A stretch of DNA of 42,176 nt, taken from positions 1 through 42,176 of the IMG/VR virus record IMGVR_UViG_3300042922_000210; one strand, 5' to 3'. Positions 40,521 through 42,176 of the stretch are shown here, in pieces (within the stretch, counting starts at the first letter, position 1; each line of letters opens with the position of its first letter). The translations under genes and the position numbers were made by a program. Source of the DNA: a virus. The notes beneath the pieces are model-generated. The model was not told where the DNA came from. It did not search any database and worked only from the letters and a program-made list of their open reading frames with translations.

Positions 40521-40875
40521 TCTTGCAGATTCAGCGCGCCCTAAACCCCGTCATGCGCGTGCACTCGGCCCCTTGATGCTTTGCCTTGTGTTTCCCTTTT
40601 ATGCCCGATCCCTGTAATCCCATAGGCCGACCGGCGTTATCACTATGAGATAGCCCACAAGTACTAAGCTAAGCATAGCTTAACCGTCATAACGTACATG
40701 CAGGCCTATATGCAAACCATCCCCAACATCGAAGTGTGCGCATTAGCGCGTTATGGATGGGTGTTGCTAAAATGTAGCGCCAGTCTCCCAGCGCCAAGGG
40801 GTAGGAGTGAATCATCCAAGTGATGGGAATCGGCGATAGGGGCAGTCCCCGGGTCACTGATCGCCAATTCCTCAT
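40487..40875 (-). ncRNA. candidate structured non-coding RNA / late-operon leader of about 390 nt, class unknown
   Basis: No credible ORF in a 523-bp gap and visibly GC-richer than its flanks. 12-bp helix GGAAUUGGCGAU/AUCGCCGAUUCC (40826-40871), further helices, terminator at the 3' end. Confidence 0.45.
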
Positions 40876-40881
40876 ACTACT

Positions 40882-40890
40882 ATAATATCA
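40882..40890 (-). promoter_or_regulatory. extended -10 (TGaTATTAT) overlapping the stop codon of 40888..41307
   Basis: Read on the minus strand; would start the leader near 40875. Confidence 0.35.
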
Positions 40891-41307
40891 CGATGCATTT
40901 GTACTTTGTGTATCCTTTTTGTATCCTCTTTTGTAGCAATAAGTGCGAATATGGCTTTCACTGTAGCCTAATTCCATTGCAATTTCCTTGTACTTTTTAC
41001 CTGCAAGTCGTCTGCTTTGGATCATATTTTCCAGTCCGGTGAACTTAGCAATCTCCACGTCCATGTCATTCTTCATCTTCTGCACACGGTCGATCTCTTC
41101 CCGGATGCATTCCAATTCATGCTGTTCTCTCTCAATCTTCTCCAGCCCTTTATCTAGAGAGATATGCACGTATGGCCCTGATGATGGCATGCTGCCGATT
41201 ACTGTGTACTTATATGCCAACTCAACTCTTCGCTTGACTTCCTTTTCCCTGAGACGAAGTATCTGCAGCTCCGCACACGTATCAGCGTATGACTCCTTCC
41301 AGTTCAT
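40888..41307 (-). CDS. putative late-gene transcriptional regulator (sigma-70 region-4-like HTH; ArpU/RinA-like size and position)
   Basis: 139 aa; C-terminal RRLAGKKYKEIAMELGYSESHIRTYCYKRG; located just upstream of terS as in many Bacillota phages. Confidence 0.5.
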   Translation of the reverse strand: MNWKESYADTCAELQILRLREKEVKRRVELAYKYTVIGSMPSSGPYVHISLDKGLEKIEREQHELECIREEIDRVQKMKNDMDVEIAKFTGLENMIQSRRLAGKKYKEIAMELGYSESHIRTYCYKRGYKKDTQSTNAS

Positions 41308-41319
41308 GGTTATCCCCCC

Positions 41320-41586
41320 TTAATAACGTTCAAGATGTCTTGTTCTAACGGACCTCAGAACGATCATACGGCATTTACCCTTTAAGTACTCTGCCAATGT
41401 CTCGTGAGCATCATCTACACTCGCTGGATGTTTTTCAATCCTAACAACAGCATCATCTGCAGTAATCCTAAAGTCTCCGTTCTGACGCTCTACCATGGCT
41501 TTTGCTACCATTTGAGATATAAATGATTCAGCATCTTCACCATCTTGCATGATCATTTCACTTTCCCCTACTTGGAACTTGATCAT
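41320..41586 (-). CDS. hypothetical protein (88 aa)
   Basis: ORF track; RBS AGGGGGGA. Confidence 0.65.
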   Translation of the reverse strand: MIKFQVGESEMIMQDGEDAESFISQMVAKAMVERQNGDFRITADDAVVRIEKHPASVDDAHETLAEYLKGKCRMIVLRSVRTRHLERY

Positions 41587-41606
41587 GTGTTAATCCCCCC
41601 TATAGA

Positions 41607-41750
41607 TTAATCCTCAATCACTTCCAGGCTCACTGCATAATACGGTACTACCGTCATCGACTCGTCTATCAATACATATACCCACTCTGTGATGCTTACG
41701 ATCCTGCCGGTTAAGCCTGACTTGTGCTGGACCCTATCGCCTACGTTCAT
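41607..41750 (-). CDS. 47-aa protein, not in ORF track
   Basis: MNVGDRVQHKSGLTGRIVSITEWVYVLIDESMTVVPYYAVSLEVIED after AAGGTG. Confidence 0.5.
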   Translation of the reverse strand: MNVGDRVQHKSGLTGRIVSITEWVYVLIDESMTVVPYYAVSLEVIED

Positions 41751-41766
41751 TTCATCACCTTAGGGG

Positions 41767-41786
41767 AAAAGGCGACCGGAGCCGCC
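41767..41786 (-). terminator. weak intrinsic terminator after the junction-spanning gene
   Basis: GGCGGC-tccg-GTCGCC followed by TTTT. Confidence 0.45.
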
Positions 41787-41802
41787 TCATTCATTTATCT
41801 TC

Positions 41803-42176
41803 TTAAGCAACCGATCTATTGGATTCGATCTGGGCGACTCTGGCTTTGAGCTCTTCGAATTCTTCGCGTGTAACTGGCGATCCAGCCACTGTTGATGCCT
41901 CAGCAGCCAATCCAGGCTCTGCGGCGTTCTCGTCTTCGCCACGAAAGGCAGGTGCGGTGTAAGTCGTTTCTACCTCGTCTGTGCTGTCGGGAATATCGTA
42001 TGAATGATCCTCTTCAACAGGCGCCGGTTGTTGCGCTGCAAGGTACTCGGTTCGAAATGTCACCGCTTGTTCAGCGGACACCTCCACATATCTGGCCTCT
42101 TTGTAAATAAACCAGTCTTCGAAAGATTCGTCTGTCTCTGCAAATTTCGCCCGGAACCGGCTTCTGCGGTGGTCCA
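41803..42176 (-). CDS. C-terminal part of the junction-spanning coiled-coil acidic protein (42050..42176 duplicates 1..127)
   Basis: Same frame as 1..749 through the terminal repeat. The track start at 42087 is an internal GTG. Confidence 0.7.
   Translation of the reverse strand, partial: DHRRSRFRAKFAETDESFEDWFIYKEARYVEVSAEQAVTFRTEYLAAQQPAPVEEDHSYDIPDSTDEVETTYTAPAFRGEDENAAEPGLAAEASTVAGSPVTREEFEELKARVAQIESNRSVA
42050..42176. repeat. second copy of the 127-bp terminal repeat
   Basis: Identical to 1..127. Confidence 0.97.

Noticed and set aside
40775-40790. GGGAGACUGGCGCUAC in the leader resembling the ZTP-riboswitch GACUGGCG box (also a loose TPP-like CUGGGAGA)
   Set aside because: The partner CCGCCUGGGC pseudoknot segment and the other conserved helices are absent. 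Most likely a chance match.
40687-40875. 62-aa ORF in the ORF track (MRNWRSVTRGLPLSPIPITW...)
   Set aside because: Trp/Arg-rich and unprotein-like, with no RBS (tagtagtATG). It lies entirely inside the helices of the candidate leader RNA. Treated as non-coding.

Overview
The window is a complete, circularly closed genome of a temperate tailed phage. Unit length is 42,049 bp, and bases 1-127 recur verbatim as 42050-42176. The host is probably a Gram-positive Bacillota, Paenibacillus/Bacillus-like; that is an inference from protein flavour only.

Nearly all genes are on the minus strand, in this order:
- A cro-like gene and early operon, 16.0 to 9.8 kb: Rha/KilAC antirepressor, YqaJ exonuclease, RecT, HNH, YopX.
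- A second HTH-controlled replication/middle block, 9.4 to 0.86 kb: HTH_17 protein, DnaD-like organizer with internal iterons, DnaB helicase, many small orphans, RusA.
- A coiled-coil gene that crosses the window junction and is missing from the ORF track.
- A sigma-region-4/ArpU-like regulator.
- An ORF-free structured leader of about 390 nt with its own terminator.
- The packaging and head genes: terS, terL, portal, scaffold, N4-gp56-type capsid.
- A podovirus-like tail/ejection module: pectate-lyase tailspike, a frameshifted beta-propeller protein, a fibre, a Q-rich 502-aa protein, an SLT, and a 1515-aa giant protein.
- An amidase endolysin followed by an LL-H holin.

The plus strand carries a CI-like repressor, two further XRE proteins, a large serine integrase and one zinc-ribbon moron.

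The observations most worth a second look:
- A co-oriented family of about 50-nt conserved elements at gene 3' ends, which I cannot assign to any known class.
- The structured late leader RNA.
- Eight intrinsic terminators inside the late block.
- A second divergent HTH switch convergent with the early operon.
- About 15 plausible genes under 60 aa that the ORF track omits.

I recognised no CRISPR array, tRNA or rRNA.
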